Shown here piece after piece: positions 19,009 through 27,182 of a stretch of DNA of 64,000 nucleotides. Every line of letters begins with the position of its first letter. The first letter of the stretch is position 1. The notes under the pieces were generated by a model. The model had not been told where the DNA came from. It saw only the letters and a program-made list of their open reading frames with translations, and did no database searches. The position numbers and the translations under genes were made by a program. Origin of the DNA: Clostridia bacterium (GTDB taxonomy: Bacteria; Bacillota; Clostridia; Christensenellales; UBA1242); NCBI GenBank assembly GCA_045655005.1, contig JAZOOJ010000019.1, positions 5,416 through 69,415 on the forward strand, in the 5' to 3' direction.

Positions 19009-19440
19009 ATGGCAGCACCAAAGAAAGTTCAAGCCGTAGTTAAGTTGCAATTACCAGCAGGTAAGGCAACTGCAGGTCCTCCAGTTGGTAGTTCACTTGG
19101 ACCTCATGGAATTAACATTCCAGGATTCGTTAAAGATTTTAACGACAGAACTGCATCACAAGCGGGTTTAATTATCCCAGTAGTAATGACAATCTACCAA
19201 GATCGTTCATTCACATTTATTTTAAAGACTCCACCAGTTGCAGTCCTAATTAAAAAGGCACTTGGAATTGAAAGTGGAAGCGGAAAGCCAAACCGTGATA
19301 AAGTTGGAAAACTTACACTTGCTCAAGTTAAGGAAATCGCTGAAACAAAGATGAAAGACCTTAACACAACAGATGTTGAATCTGCTATGAGCATGGTTAA
19401 GGGTACAGCTCGCAGTATGGGCATTACCGTGGAAGAATAA
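19009..19440 (+). CDS. rplK: 50S ribosomal protein L11
   Basis: [34 protein letters not shown]. Confidence 0.97.
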   Translation: MAAPKKVQAVVKLQLPAGKATAGPPVGSSLGPHGINIPGFVKDFNDRTASQAGLIIPVVMTIYQDRSFTFILKTPPVAVLIKKALGIESGSGKPNRDKVGKLTLAQVKEIAETKMKDLNTTDVESAMSMVKGTARSMGITVEE

Positions 19441-19457
19441 GGAAGGAGGAACGATAA

Positions 19458-20147
19458 ATGAAATACGGAAAACGTACAGTTGAAGCAAGAAAACTTGTTG
19501 AAAAGTCAAAAACATATGATGTTGAAGAAGCAATTTCACTTGCAATTGAAACAGCAACTGCAAAGTTTGATGAAACAATCGAACTTCATGTAAAACTTGG
19601 CGTTGATGGTAGAAATGCAGACCAACAAGTAAGAGGAACAGTTGTTCTTCCACACGGAACTGGTAAAGAATTAAAGGTTTTAGTTATTGCAAAAGGCGAC
19701 AAGGCTGAAGAAGCGAAAAATGCAGGTGCAGATTTCGTTGGAGCAGAAGATATGATTGCAAAAATCCAAAACGAAAACTGGTTAGGATTTGATGCTTGTA
19801 TCACAACTCCAGACATGATGGGGCTTGTTGGACGTATCGCTAGAGTTCTTGGACCAAAGGGCTTAATGCCAAACCCAAAATCTGGTACAGTTACAACTGA
19901 TGTTGTTAAGGCTATCAATGATGTTAAGGCTGGTAAAGTAGAATACAGACTTGACAAAAACAATATCGTGCATGTTATTATCGGTAAAAAGTCTTTCGGC
20001 AAAGAAAAACTTGTTGAAAACTTAAACACTGTTATGGATGCTATTGTTAAGGCTAAGCCACAAGCAGCAAAGGGTCAATACCTAAAGTCTGTTAACATTG
20101 CAAGCAGCATGGGACCTGGTGTTAAAGTTAACTACAGAGTTATGTAA
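19458..20147 (+). CDS. rplA: 50S ribosomal protein L1
   Basis: 229 aa with [14 protein letters not shown] and [11 protein letters not shown]. It follows rplK. Confidence 0.97.
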   Translation: MKYGKRTVEARKLVEKSKTYDVEEAISLAIETATAKFDETIELHVKLGVDGRNADQQVRGTVVLPHGTGKELKVLVIAKGDKAEEAKNAGADFVGAEDMIAKIQNENWLGFDACITTPDMMGLVGRIARVLGPKGLMPNPKSGTVTTDVVKAINDVKAGKVEYRLDKNNIVHVIIGKKSFGKEKLVENLNTVMDAIVKAKPQAAKGQYLKSVNIASSMGPGVKVNYRVM

Positions 20148-20171
20148 TTTAACATAAAAATCAAAAATGAA

Positions 20172-20202
20172 AATGACTGGTAAATTTACCAGTCATTTTT
20201 TT
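20172..20202 (+). terminator. rho-independent terminator after rplA
   Basis: Perfect hairpin aatgactggtaaa / tttaccagtcatt followed by TTTTT. Confidence 0.8.
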
Positions 20203-20563
20203 ATGTAAAACATGGTGGGATAGTGGTATTATGTTTGACAAAACATTGTTAAAGTGCTTGGTTGATAGCAGTGTTATGTCAGACATAAATTGCTAAAATA
20301 AATGGTTTGAACCACTTTTTAACAAACTTTCAGTACTTTTTACATTGTTTGGTCGTCGTCACCACTTGAATTTTTGTTTTGCCTTGCTCTTTTTGCAAGC
20401 ATATCTGCTCTTCCAGTTTGTATAAACCAATCTATAATAGGTTTTACTTCATGTGAAGGCTTAAGTTTAACAAAAATTTTAAAAAGTTGCAACAAATTAA
20501 TTGTTAACATTCTGCCAGTTGAGTTATACAACGAAATATTAACTATAAATATTTATAAAAGGG

Positions 20564-20592
20564 TTGACAAAGGGGAAAACTTGGTGTAGAAT
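20564..20592 (+). promoter_or_regulatory. sigma-A type promoter of rplJL
   Basis: TTGACA (20564-20569), 17 nt spacer, TAGAAT (20587-20592). Confidence 0.6.
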
Positions 20593-20594
20593 AT

Positions 20595-20762
20595 TGGACG
20601 TAATAAATAAATGACTTTTTGTGCCAAAGACGACAAGTCGTGAAATTTCACTATAAAATCTTGTCTAGGAACAAATTTTGGAAATTTTAAGGGTAAAGTT
20701 CGTTTCCAGATGTGTTCCTCGCATCTGGAATTTATTTTTTATATATAAAAGAGGAGGGTAAT
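20595..20762 (+). promoter_or_regulatory. Ribosomal protein L10 leader (autoregulatory 5' UTR with attenuator)
   Basis: A ~165 nt leader lies between the promoter and rplJ and ends in an intrinsic terminator hairpin just before the RBS. This is the arrangement known for the Firmicute L10 leader. I did not score it against a covariance model. Confidence 0.5.
20704..20740 (+). terminator. Attenuator hairpin inside the L10 leader
   Basis: ttccagatg / catctggaa stem followed by TTTATTTTTT, located 22 nt upstream of the rplJ ATG. Confidence 0.65.
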
Positions 20763-21254
20763 ATGTCTGCAAATAGAGAGATTAAGAACACTATTGTTGC
20801 TGAGATTAAGGAACGTGTTCAAAACGCAAAGTCAGTAGTACTTGTTGATTACAAAGGCTTAACAGTTGAACAAGACACCGCTCTTAGAAACAAGTTTAGA
20901 GAAGCTGGTTGTGAATACAGAGTTTACAAAAACCGTCTTATTAAGATTGCGTTGAATGAACTTGGTATCGAACTTGATTCTAAACATTATGATGGACCAA
21001 CTGCACTTGTTACAAATAACGAAGATGTTGTTGCTCCTGCAAAAATCGTCTTTGATGGCGAAACTCAATACAAAGTAATGAAAGCTAAATGTGCTTACAT
21101 CGAAAACAAAGTTATGGAATATGACGAAGTTAAGAAAATCGCGTCTATCCCAAGCAAGGATGTGCTTGTTGCTCAATTACTTGGTATGCTTTTAAATCCA
21201 ATCCGTTCACTTGCTGTCGTTTTGGATCAAGCTGCTAAAAAGCAAGAAAACTAA
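20763..21254 (+). CDS. rplJ: 50S ribosomal protein L10
   Basis: The start is refined to ATG 20763 (GAGGAGG 6 nt upstream), giving MSANREIKNTIV... The ORF-track start at 20712 lies inside the attenuator hairpin. Confidence 0.95.
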   Translation: MSANREIKNTIVAEIKERVQNAKSVVLVDYKGLTVEQDTALRNKFREAGCEYRVYKNRLIKIALNELGIELDSKHYDGPTALVTNNEDVVAPAKIVFDGETQYKVMKAKCAYIENKVMEYDEVKKIASIPSKDVLVAQLLGMLLNPIRSLAVVLDQAAKKQEN

Positions 21255-21297
21255 TTAAATTAAAAAAACAAAAAATAATTTTTAAGGAGAATTTAAA

Positions 21298-21669
21298 ATG
21301 GCTGATATTAAGAAAATATTAGATGAAATTAAAGAACTTACCGTTGTTGAACTTAACGAACTTGTTAAGTCATTAGAAGAAGAATTTGGCGTTAGCGCTG
21401 CTGCTATGGCAGTTGCTGCTCCAGCTGCTGGTGCTGCTGCTCCTGCAGAAGAAGAAAAGAGCGAATTTAATGTAGTGCTTAAAGAAGTTGGCGCTAACAA
21501 AATCGCTGTTATCAAGGTTGTTAGAGAAGTTACAGGTCTTGGACTTTCAGAAGCTAAGGCTCTTGTTGACGGAGCTCCTGCAACAGTTAAGGAAAACGTT
21601 GCAAAAGATGCTGCTAACGAAATGGTTGCTAAGTTCAAAGAAGCTGGCGCTACAATCGAATTGAAGTAA
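21298..21669 (+). CDS. rplL: 50S ribosomal protein L7/L12
   Basis: Ala-rich hinge and C-terminal [24 protein letters not shown]. Confidence 0.97.
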   Translation: MADIKKILDEIKELTVVELNELVKSLEEEFGVSAAAMAVAAPAAGAAAPAEEEKSEFNVVLKEVGANKIAVIKVVREVTGLGLSEAKALVDGAPATVKENVAKDAANEMVAKFKEAGATIELK

Positions 21670-21681
21670 GTTTAAATGTAA

Positions 21682-21713
21682 AAAGCCTAAGGGAAATTCC
21701 TTGGGCTTTTTGT
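21682..21713. terminator. Terminator after rplL (also faces the convergent DUF1540 gene)
   Basis: Hairpin aaagcctaagg / ccttgggcttt followed by TTT. Confidence 0.75.
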
Positions 21714-21775
21714 TTAAATTGGTTTATTTTAATGTGTGAAGTTAAAAAATGTTTTATGAATTTAAAGTTTAAATG

Positions 21776-22069
21776 CTATTTTTCAAGGAATGTGGAACAT
21801 TCAACAGAACCATTCTCATTTAAGACAGCAATTCCATTTGCTAAGCATTTACCTTGCTTATTGAATAGGCAAGTGGCGTTACACAAAACTTCTACGCTTG
21901 GACGAATCAAAGGTTGAGGGATTTCATCACTAAACTCGGTTTTGTTTTCGTCTGCTGATGGGGAAAATGTTTGACACTTTGTTAGTCTGTCAATAATGAT
22001 GTGTTTTGCATTACAATTGCAATTATTGTTATATTCGCATTTCCCACACTTACATTTTAAATCTACCAT
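21776..22069 (-). CDS. DUF1540 domain protein (two Cys-rich repeats)
   Basis: 97 aa with two copies of C....C.(Y/F)N....C.A..I......C.TF (KCGKCEYNNNCNCNAKHIII...CQTF and CNATCLFNKQGKCLANGIAV...CSTF). Confidence 0.6.
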   Translation of the reverse strand: MVDLKCKCGKCEYNNNCNCNAKHIIIDRLTKCQTFSPSADENKTEFSDEIPQPLIRPSVEVLCNATCLFNKQGKCLANGIAVLNENGSVECSTFLEK

Positions 22070-22139
22070 ATATTTTCTCTCCTTTTATTGTATTGTTGAC
22101 AAAGTTGATTTAATTATACCGACAGTTTTGTGAATTTTA

Positions 22140-22169
22140 TTGACAAGACTTGCTTCATTTTGTTACAAT
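22140..22169 (+). promoter_or_regulatory. sigma-A type promoter of rplI
   Basis: TTGACA (22140-22145), 18 nt spacer, TGtTACAAT with the -10 hexamer at 22164-22169. Confidence 0.55.
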
Positions 22170-22195
22170 AATTCCGTAAAGGGGAGTAAATATCT

Positions 22196-22633
22196 ATGAA
22201 AGTAATTTTAACAAAACAAGTAAAGAATGTTGGAAAGGCTGGCGATGTTGTCAATGTTTCAGACGGCTATGCAAAGAACTTTTTATTTAAACAAGGTATG
22301 GCAATTGAAGCCAACCAAGAAAATTTGAATGTTAACACACAAGCAAAGCAAAAGGCGGAAAGAGAACGTGCAAATGAAAAGGCAGAGGCTGAAAAACTTG
22401 CTGGAATTTTAAAAGATGTTGAAGTGGTAATTAAAGCGTCAACTGGAAAGAATGGGCAAATGTTTGGCTCGGTTACGAATAAAGAAATTTCAGAAGGTTT
22501 AGAGAAAATGGGCTACAATGTTGACAAAAAGAAGATAGTTGTTGCAAATCCAATTAAATCTTTGGGAGTTTATGAGGTAACTTGCAAACTGTTCCCAGAA
22601 GTTTCTTGCAAATTAAAGGTTGTGGTTAATTAA
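22196..22633 (+). CDS. rplI: 50S ribosomal protein L9
   Basis: [39 protein letters not shown] is the canonical L9 N-terminus. Confidence 0.93.
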   Translation: MKVILTKQVKNVGKAGDVVNVSDGYAKNFLFKQGMAIEANQENLNVNTQAKQKAERERANEKAEAEKLAGILKDVEVVIKASTGKNGQMFGSVTNKEISEGLEKMGYNVDKKKIVVANPIKSLGVYEVTCKLFPEVSCKLKVVVN

Positions 22634-22710
22634 TTTGTTTTGAAATAATTTAAAAAGATGATAAAATAAAGGTAGTAATATTGCTACTTTTATTTTTTGG
22701 AGAAAATTTT

Positions 22711-23805
22711 ATGGAGAATATACGACTGGTTGAAGTTTTTAACAGGTTTGTTGGTGAAAATGTTAAAAGCGTAAGTCCTTTAGGGAAAGGCAATATTAAT
22801 TATACATACAAAGTTGTTTGTGAAGGTGGTAAAGAATATCTGCTTCAAAGGTTGAATGGGAATGCATTACCAAACATTGACGCTTGCTTACATAATATTG
22901 ATGTGATTTCAAACCATATAAAGGCAATGGGGGAAGTTTCGCTTTCGCTTATTAAAACAAAAGATGGCGAGGTCTCATACAAAGATAACAATGGTTTTGT
23001 TTGGCGTCTTTATCCATTTTTTAGTGGTTCTTTTAGTGTAGACGAAACCGATGACTTGGAATTGATTGAAGAAATAGCAAGAGGGTTTGGGCATTTTGAC
23101 AATCTTTTGGTTGATTTGGACGTGAAAAATGTTCAAGTTAGTGACGATAATTTTCATAATGCAAGACAAAAATATGAATTATTAATGAAGGCGATAGTTG
23201 ATGACTCTCAAAACAGGGTGGTTGAAGCAATCGATGAAATTGAATGGGCAAAGCGACTTATTGAAAGTTGTAAAAATAAAACAGGAATCGAAATTTTTAA
23301 ATTGTCTGATGAACTTTTTGGGGGTCGACTCAATAAACAAGTGGTTCACAACGATACAAAACTTAATAATGCTTTGCTGGATATGAATAACAAAGTGCTT
23401 TGTGTGGTTGACCTTGATACTGCTATGCCTGGAACAATACTTAATGATTTTGCTGATGGGGTTAGATTTGCTTGCAATAGTGTTTGCGAAGAAGAATATG
23501 ACATTTCTAAGGTAAAATTTGATTTGGCTAAGTTTGAAGCTTTTACGAAAGGCTTTTTTGGTGGTATTGCAAGGAAGTTAGACAATCTTGAGAAAGAATT
23601 GGTCTTTGTCGCACCAATTGCAATTGCTTTTGAGTTGGGATGCAGATTCTTTGCCGACTTTTTAAACGGCGACGTGTTTTTTAGGATTGTGTCTGATGAT
23701 AAAAATTTTAATTTGGTGCGTGCAAGGGTTCAATATAAATTGTGTGAAAGTATGCTTGAAAATTTTAAAGAAATGCAAACAATAATTTTAAAATATATTA
23801 ACTAG
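22711..23805 (+). CDS. APH-fold kinase, N-acetylhexosamine 1-kinase (NahK)-like
   Basis: The start is refined to ATG 22711 (GGAG 8 nt upstream). Catalytic loop VVHNDTKLNNALLD and a downstream VVDLDT (DxD). The subfamily assignment is from memory. Confidence 0.45.
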   Translation: MENIRLVEVFNRFVGENVKSVSPLGKGNINYTYKVVCEGGKEYLLQRLNGNALPNIDACLHNIDVISNHIKAMGEVSLSLIKTKDGEVSYKDNNGFVWRLYPFFSGSFSVDETDDLELIEEIARGFGHFDNLLVDLDVKNVQVSDDNFHNARQKYELLMKAIVDDSQNRVVEAIDEIEWAKRLIESCKNKTGIEIFKLSDELFGGRLNKQVVHNDTKLNNALLDMNNKVLCVVDLDTAMPGTILNDFADGVRFACNSVCEEEYDISKVKFDLAKFEAFTKGFFGGIARKLDNLEKELVFVAPIAIAFELGCRFFADFLNGDVFFRIVSDDKNFNLVRARVQYKLCESMLENFKEMQTIILKYIN

Positions 23806-23819
23806 GAACATTAATTTAG

Positions 23820-23849
23820 TTGAAAACTATGTATGATTTATGTTAATAT
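23820..23849 (+). promoter_or_regulatory. sigma-A type promoter abutting the addB start codon
   Basis: TTGAAA (23820-23825), 18 nt spacer, TGtTAATAT with the -10 hexamer at 23844-23849. The ATG is at 23856 and there is no SD. Confidence 0.5.
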
Positions 23850-23855
23850 TAATTT

Positions 23856-26800
23856 ATGAAAATATATACTGCTGACAATAATAGAACTATATTTAATAAA
23901 ATTTTAGAAGAAGTTGCGGAAGAGTCTGTTGATAACTCACGCAACTTTATTTTGCTTGTGCCTGAAAAACTTTCGCTTACAATGGAGCGAGAAATTTTGC
24001 TTAAACATAAAAGAAAGGCTTTGATAAACGTCCAAGTTTTAACACTTTCTCGAATGCTTAGAAAAATGCTTAAGTCAAGTGATAACTATCTTCCAAAAGA
24101 ATCGGGGATTATGATAGTTAAAAGACTTATTATGGAAAATTTAGACAGCCTTGTGTGCTTTAATAAAACGGCTAGGACTATTGGATTTGCTGAAAGAATT
24201 TATGATACTATTTCAAATCTTAAAAACAGTAACGTTCGTCCAGAAGATTTTAAACTTAAAATGACAAAAGTTAATGAGTCTTTGCGTATTAAAATGCAAG
24301 ACATTCTTTTGCTTTATATTAAATACGAAGAATATATCAAAAAGAATGGGATGATTGATGCTTGCGACAGATTTATTTTGCTTTCAAGAATGGTTGAATC
24401 AAGCGAAATGATAAAATCAAGTGAATGTTTTATTTTTGGTTTTGATAACATTTCTGCTTCTGGTATGGAAGTTCTTAAATCGGTTATGCGATATGCAAAA
24501 AAATGTACTTTTGGTTGCTTAAATAATAGTGGCAAAAGCAATAGTTACATCATTGAACCTGAAATGCTTGAAAGCGTTAAACAAGCAGCAGAAGAACTAA
24601 ATATTCAGCCTACAATTGTTGAACTTGTGTCAAAACAAGATGATGTCACATCGCATATACGAAACAACTTGTTTGCTTACCCATATAGCAAAATGCAAAT
24701 AGAAAACGAAGTTGTTTTAATTGAATGTAAAAATCCATTGGAAGAAGTTAAGTTCGTTGCAGAAGTTATTCGCAGAAATGTTATTAAAAAAGGGCTTCGA
24801 TACAACGATTTTGCTGTTGCTTGCTCAGATTTGGGGGTTTATGGCGATGCAGTTCAAACAGTGTTTAAAGATTATCACTTACCTTATTTTGTAGATAGGT
24901 CAGAGAATCTGAATTCTCATCCATTGATGATGTTTATAAATTCACTTCTGTTGTGTTATAAAAGGCATTTATCAAGTGATGAACTTTTAAAAGTAGTAAA
25001 AAATTATTTCAGCGGAATTGACGCAAATAAGCAACACGAACTTGAAAATTATATCATTAAATTTGGCGTTAATTATGACAAATTCAAAAAACCATTTGAG
25101 TATGGCAAATTAGATAAGAATAATGAGATTACTGAAAGCTATAAGATTGTTGAAGGTGCAAGAATTGAAATTATGTCAAAGATTGAACCTATTTTTGCAT
25201 GTATAGAAAAAGCAAGAATTTCCAAAGATTTTACGAATGCAGTTAATAAAATTTTTGAAGTATTTGACTTAGATAATGCTACCGAAAGGTTTATTGAAAA
25301 ACTTAATCAAAGCAAAGAAAAAGTAATGGTTGATTTCACTCGTCAAGTTAAACAAAAGTTTATGGGAATTGTCGCTGAAATTGAACGTATTATGGGTGAA
25401 ACACAAATTGATTTTGATGAATATTATTCAATTTTGATGTCAGGACTTGGGAGCGAAACGGTTTCGTTAATTCCTGTGTTTGTAGATAGCGTTTTTATTG
25501 GAGATGCCTCATCAAGTAAGTTTTTAGGTTCAAAGTATCTTTTTGTAATTGGTGCAAGTGAGGGGGCAATTCCAAAATCTGTCGATGATTGTGGAATTAT
25601 TGTAGATAAAGAAATTCAAGCATTGACTGATTCTATTGGTAAAAAAATCGAGCCAACTATACGAACTATTAATAGAAGAGAAAGGTTTAAATTTATTAGT
25701 TTATTGCAGTCATTTAAAGATAAACTTTATGTAATATACCCCAAATATGACAAAGATAGTTCAGAACAAAAACCAAGCCTCGCAATGCTCGATATTGCTA
25801 AGATTTTTTATAAAATAGAAGATTTAAGGCCTCTTGATATTATTCCTATGAATATTTATAGGAGGAAAAGAGGACTTTTCAATGAAGAAGATAGAAGTTT
25901 AAATTATGCTTATGAATTTAGCACTCCAGAGGTTGGTATGAAAAAACTTTTAAGCCAGGCATATGGTGGTGCTATGTCTGACAATAGTGAGATGATTTCA
26001 GCACTTTATTGGTATTTTAGGAAGTCTTTAAACAACGAAAAGTTTTTGTTGCCAACCACAAAAACTCACAGAATCGCAAGTCCAAAGTTGTTGTTTTTCC
26101 CAAAGAAAACGACAAGTATTTCTCAACTTGAATGCTATTTTAGTTGTCCATATAAGTTTTTTGCAAATTACGGCCTTGGCATTAAAGAGCGTGAAGAAAG
26201 CAAGTTGAAGTCCATTGACTTTGGTAATGTGTTGCACAGAATCGCAGAACTTTACGTAAAAGATATTGAAAAGTATAGAACCATTAAAGATATTCATAAA
26301 CGTGAAGCGATTTTGAATAAATTGATTGAAAAAGTGTTTGACGAAGAAAAAATTAAAACTGCGTCAAACAGGCATATTATTTTACCGCTTAAAGGCGAGG
26401 CTAAAAGACTGATTGATGCATTGTCTTTTCAATATGAGTTGTCTAACTTTAAGCCAGTCGCAGAAGAACTTGTCTTTGGAGAAAAGGGCAAAATCAAAGG
26501 ACTTGACCTTGGGTGTGGCATAAAACTTGAAGGAAAAATTGATAGGGTTGACAGTCTTGGTAATGAGTATAGGGTTATTGACTATAAAACCGGAAAAATA
26601 GATTTGCAGGCAAAAAATGTTTACTACGGCAACAAAATTCAGTTGTTTATGTACTTAAATGCATTGAAAAATGCAAAAAAATCACCAGTTGGGGCATTTT
26701 ATCTCCCTATTAAGAATGTTTTTGTTGATGAAGACTATGGCACATTTTTGTACACCTATAAAATGCAAGGATATTTTGTTGATGATGTAAAAGTCGCACG

Positions 26801-27182
26801 AAATATGGATAATAGTTTAAATCAAGAAAATACAACAAGTAAAGTTATAACTTTGTCGCTTAAAGAAGATAAACAAAATTCTGAAAGTGATAATTTGGTC
26901 ATAAAAAAGCAAAACCATATTTTGCCAGAAGAAGTATTAAGAGGTGTGATGGATTACACTATGGCGTTGTCTTGTGGTGCAGTGAGAGAAATTTTGGACG
27001 GGAACATTGAAATGTCACCAATTCAAAGTGGTGATAAGCCTGCCTGTGAATATTGCACCTATAAAAATATTTGCGGACTTATGTATGCTTCAAATAAAAA
27101 GGCAAGGAAAACGAAAAAAGTAGCGTTTGAAAATTTTGCTTTATTAAAAAAGGAGGATAATAACAATAATGGCAAAAAGTAA
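23856..27182 (+). CDS. addB: Helicase-nuclease AddAB, subunit AddB
   Basis: 1108 aa. Nuclease motif IDYKTGK and a C-terminal Fe-S cysteine cluster (CPYKFF ... CEYCTYKNIC). It overlaps addA by 14 nt. Confidence 0.9.
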   Translation: MKIYTADNNRTIFNKILEEVAEESVDNSRNFILLVPEKLSLTMEREILLKHKRKALINVQVLTLSRMLRKMLKSSDNYLPKESGIMIVKRLIMENLDSLVCFNKTARTIGFAERIYDTISNLKNSNVRPEDFKLKMTKVNESLRIKMQDILLLYIKYEEYIKKNGMIDACDRFILLSRMVESSEMIKSSECFIFGFDNISASGMEVLKSVMRYAKKCTFGCLNNSGKSNSYIIEPEMLESVKQAAEELNIQPTIVELVSKQDDVTSHIRNNLFAYPYSKMQIENEVVLIECKNPLEEVKFVAEVIRRNVIKKGLRYNDFAVACSDLGVYGDAVQTVFKDYHLPYFVDRSENLNSHPLMMFINSLLLCYKRHLSSDELLKVVKNYFSGIDANKQHELENYIIKFGVNYDKFKKPFEYGKLDKNNEITESYKIVEGARIEIMSKIEPIFACIEKARISKDFTNAVNKIFEVFDLDNATERFIEKLNQSKEKVMVDFTRQVKQKFMGIVAEIERIMGETQIDFDEYYSILMSGLGSETVSLIPVFVDSVFIGDASSSKFLGSKYLFVIGASEGAIPKSVDDCGIIVDKEIQALTDSIGKKIEPTIRTINRRERFKFISLLQSFKDKLYVIYPKYDKDSSEQKPSLAMLDIAKIFYKIEDLRPLDIIPMNIYRRKRGLFNEEDRSLNYAYEFSTPEVGMKKLLSQAYGGAMSDNSEMISALYWYFRKSLNNEKFLLPTTKTHRIASPKLLFFPKKTTSISQLECYFSCPYKFFANYGLGIKEREESKLKSIDFGNVLHRIAELYVKDIEKYRTIKDIHKREAILNKLIEKVFDEEKIKTASNRHIILPLKGEAKRLIDALSFQYELSNFKPVAEELVFGEKGKIKGLDLGCGIKLEGKIDRVDSLGNEYRVIDYKTGKIDLQAKNVYYGNKIQLFMYLNALKNAKKSPVGAFYLPIKNVFVDEDYGTFLYTYKMQGYFVDDVKVARNMDNSLNQENTTSKVITLSLKEDKQNSESDNLVIKKQNHILPEEVLRGVMDYTMALSCGAVREILDGNIEMSPIQSGDKPACEYCTYKNICGLMYASNKKARKTKKVAFENFALLKKEDNNNNGKK

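Noticed and set aside
20340-20531. Calling the 63-aa minus-strand ORF between rplA and rplJ a bona fide gene
   Set aside because: It has a TTG start, no SD before either the TTG or the internal ATG, and no recognisable family. I kept it only as part of an unexplained-region finding.
20712-20762. N-terminal extensions proposed by the ORF track (rplJ 20712, surface protein 34088, comFC 51292, secG 44924, glpK 17162, secA 52142)
   Set aside because: The upstream starts fall inside promoter -10 boxes or the L10 attenuator hairpin, or they use TTG/GTG without an SD. In each case a downstream ATG has a proper RBS.
21282-21638. 118-aa Ala/Ser-rich minus-strand ORF
   Set aside because: It is antisense to rplL, whose identity is unambiguous. 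The same reasoning applies to 19586-20029 (antisense to rplA) and 42889-43299 (antisense to pgk).
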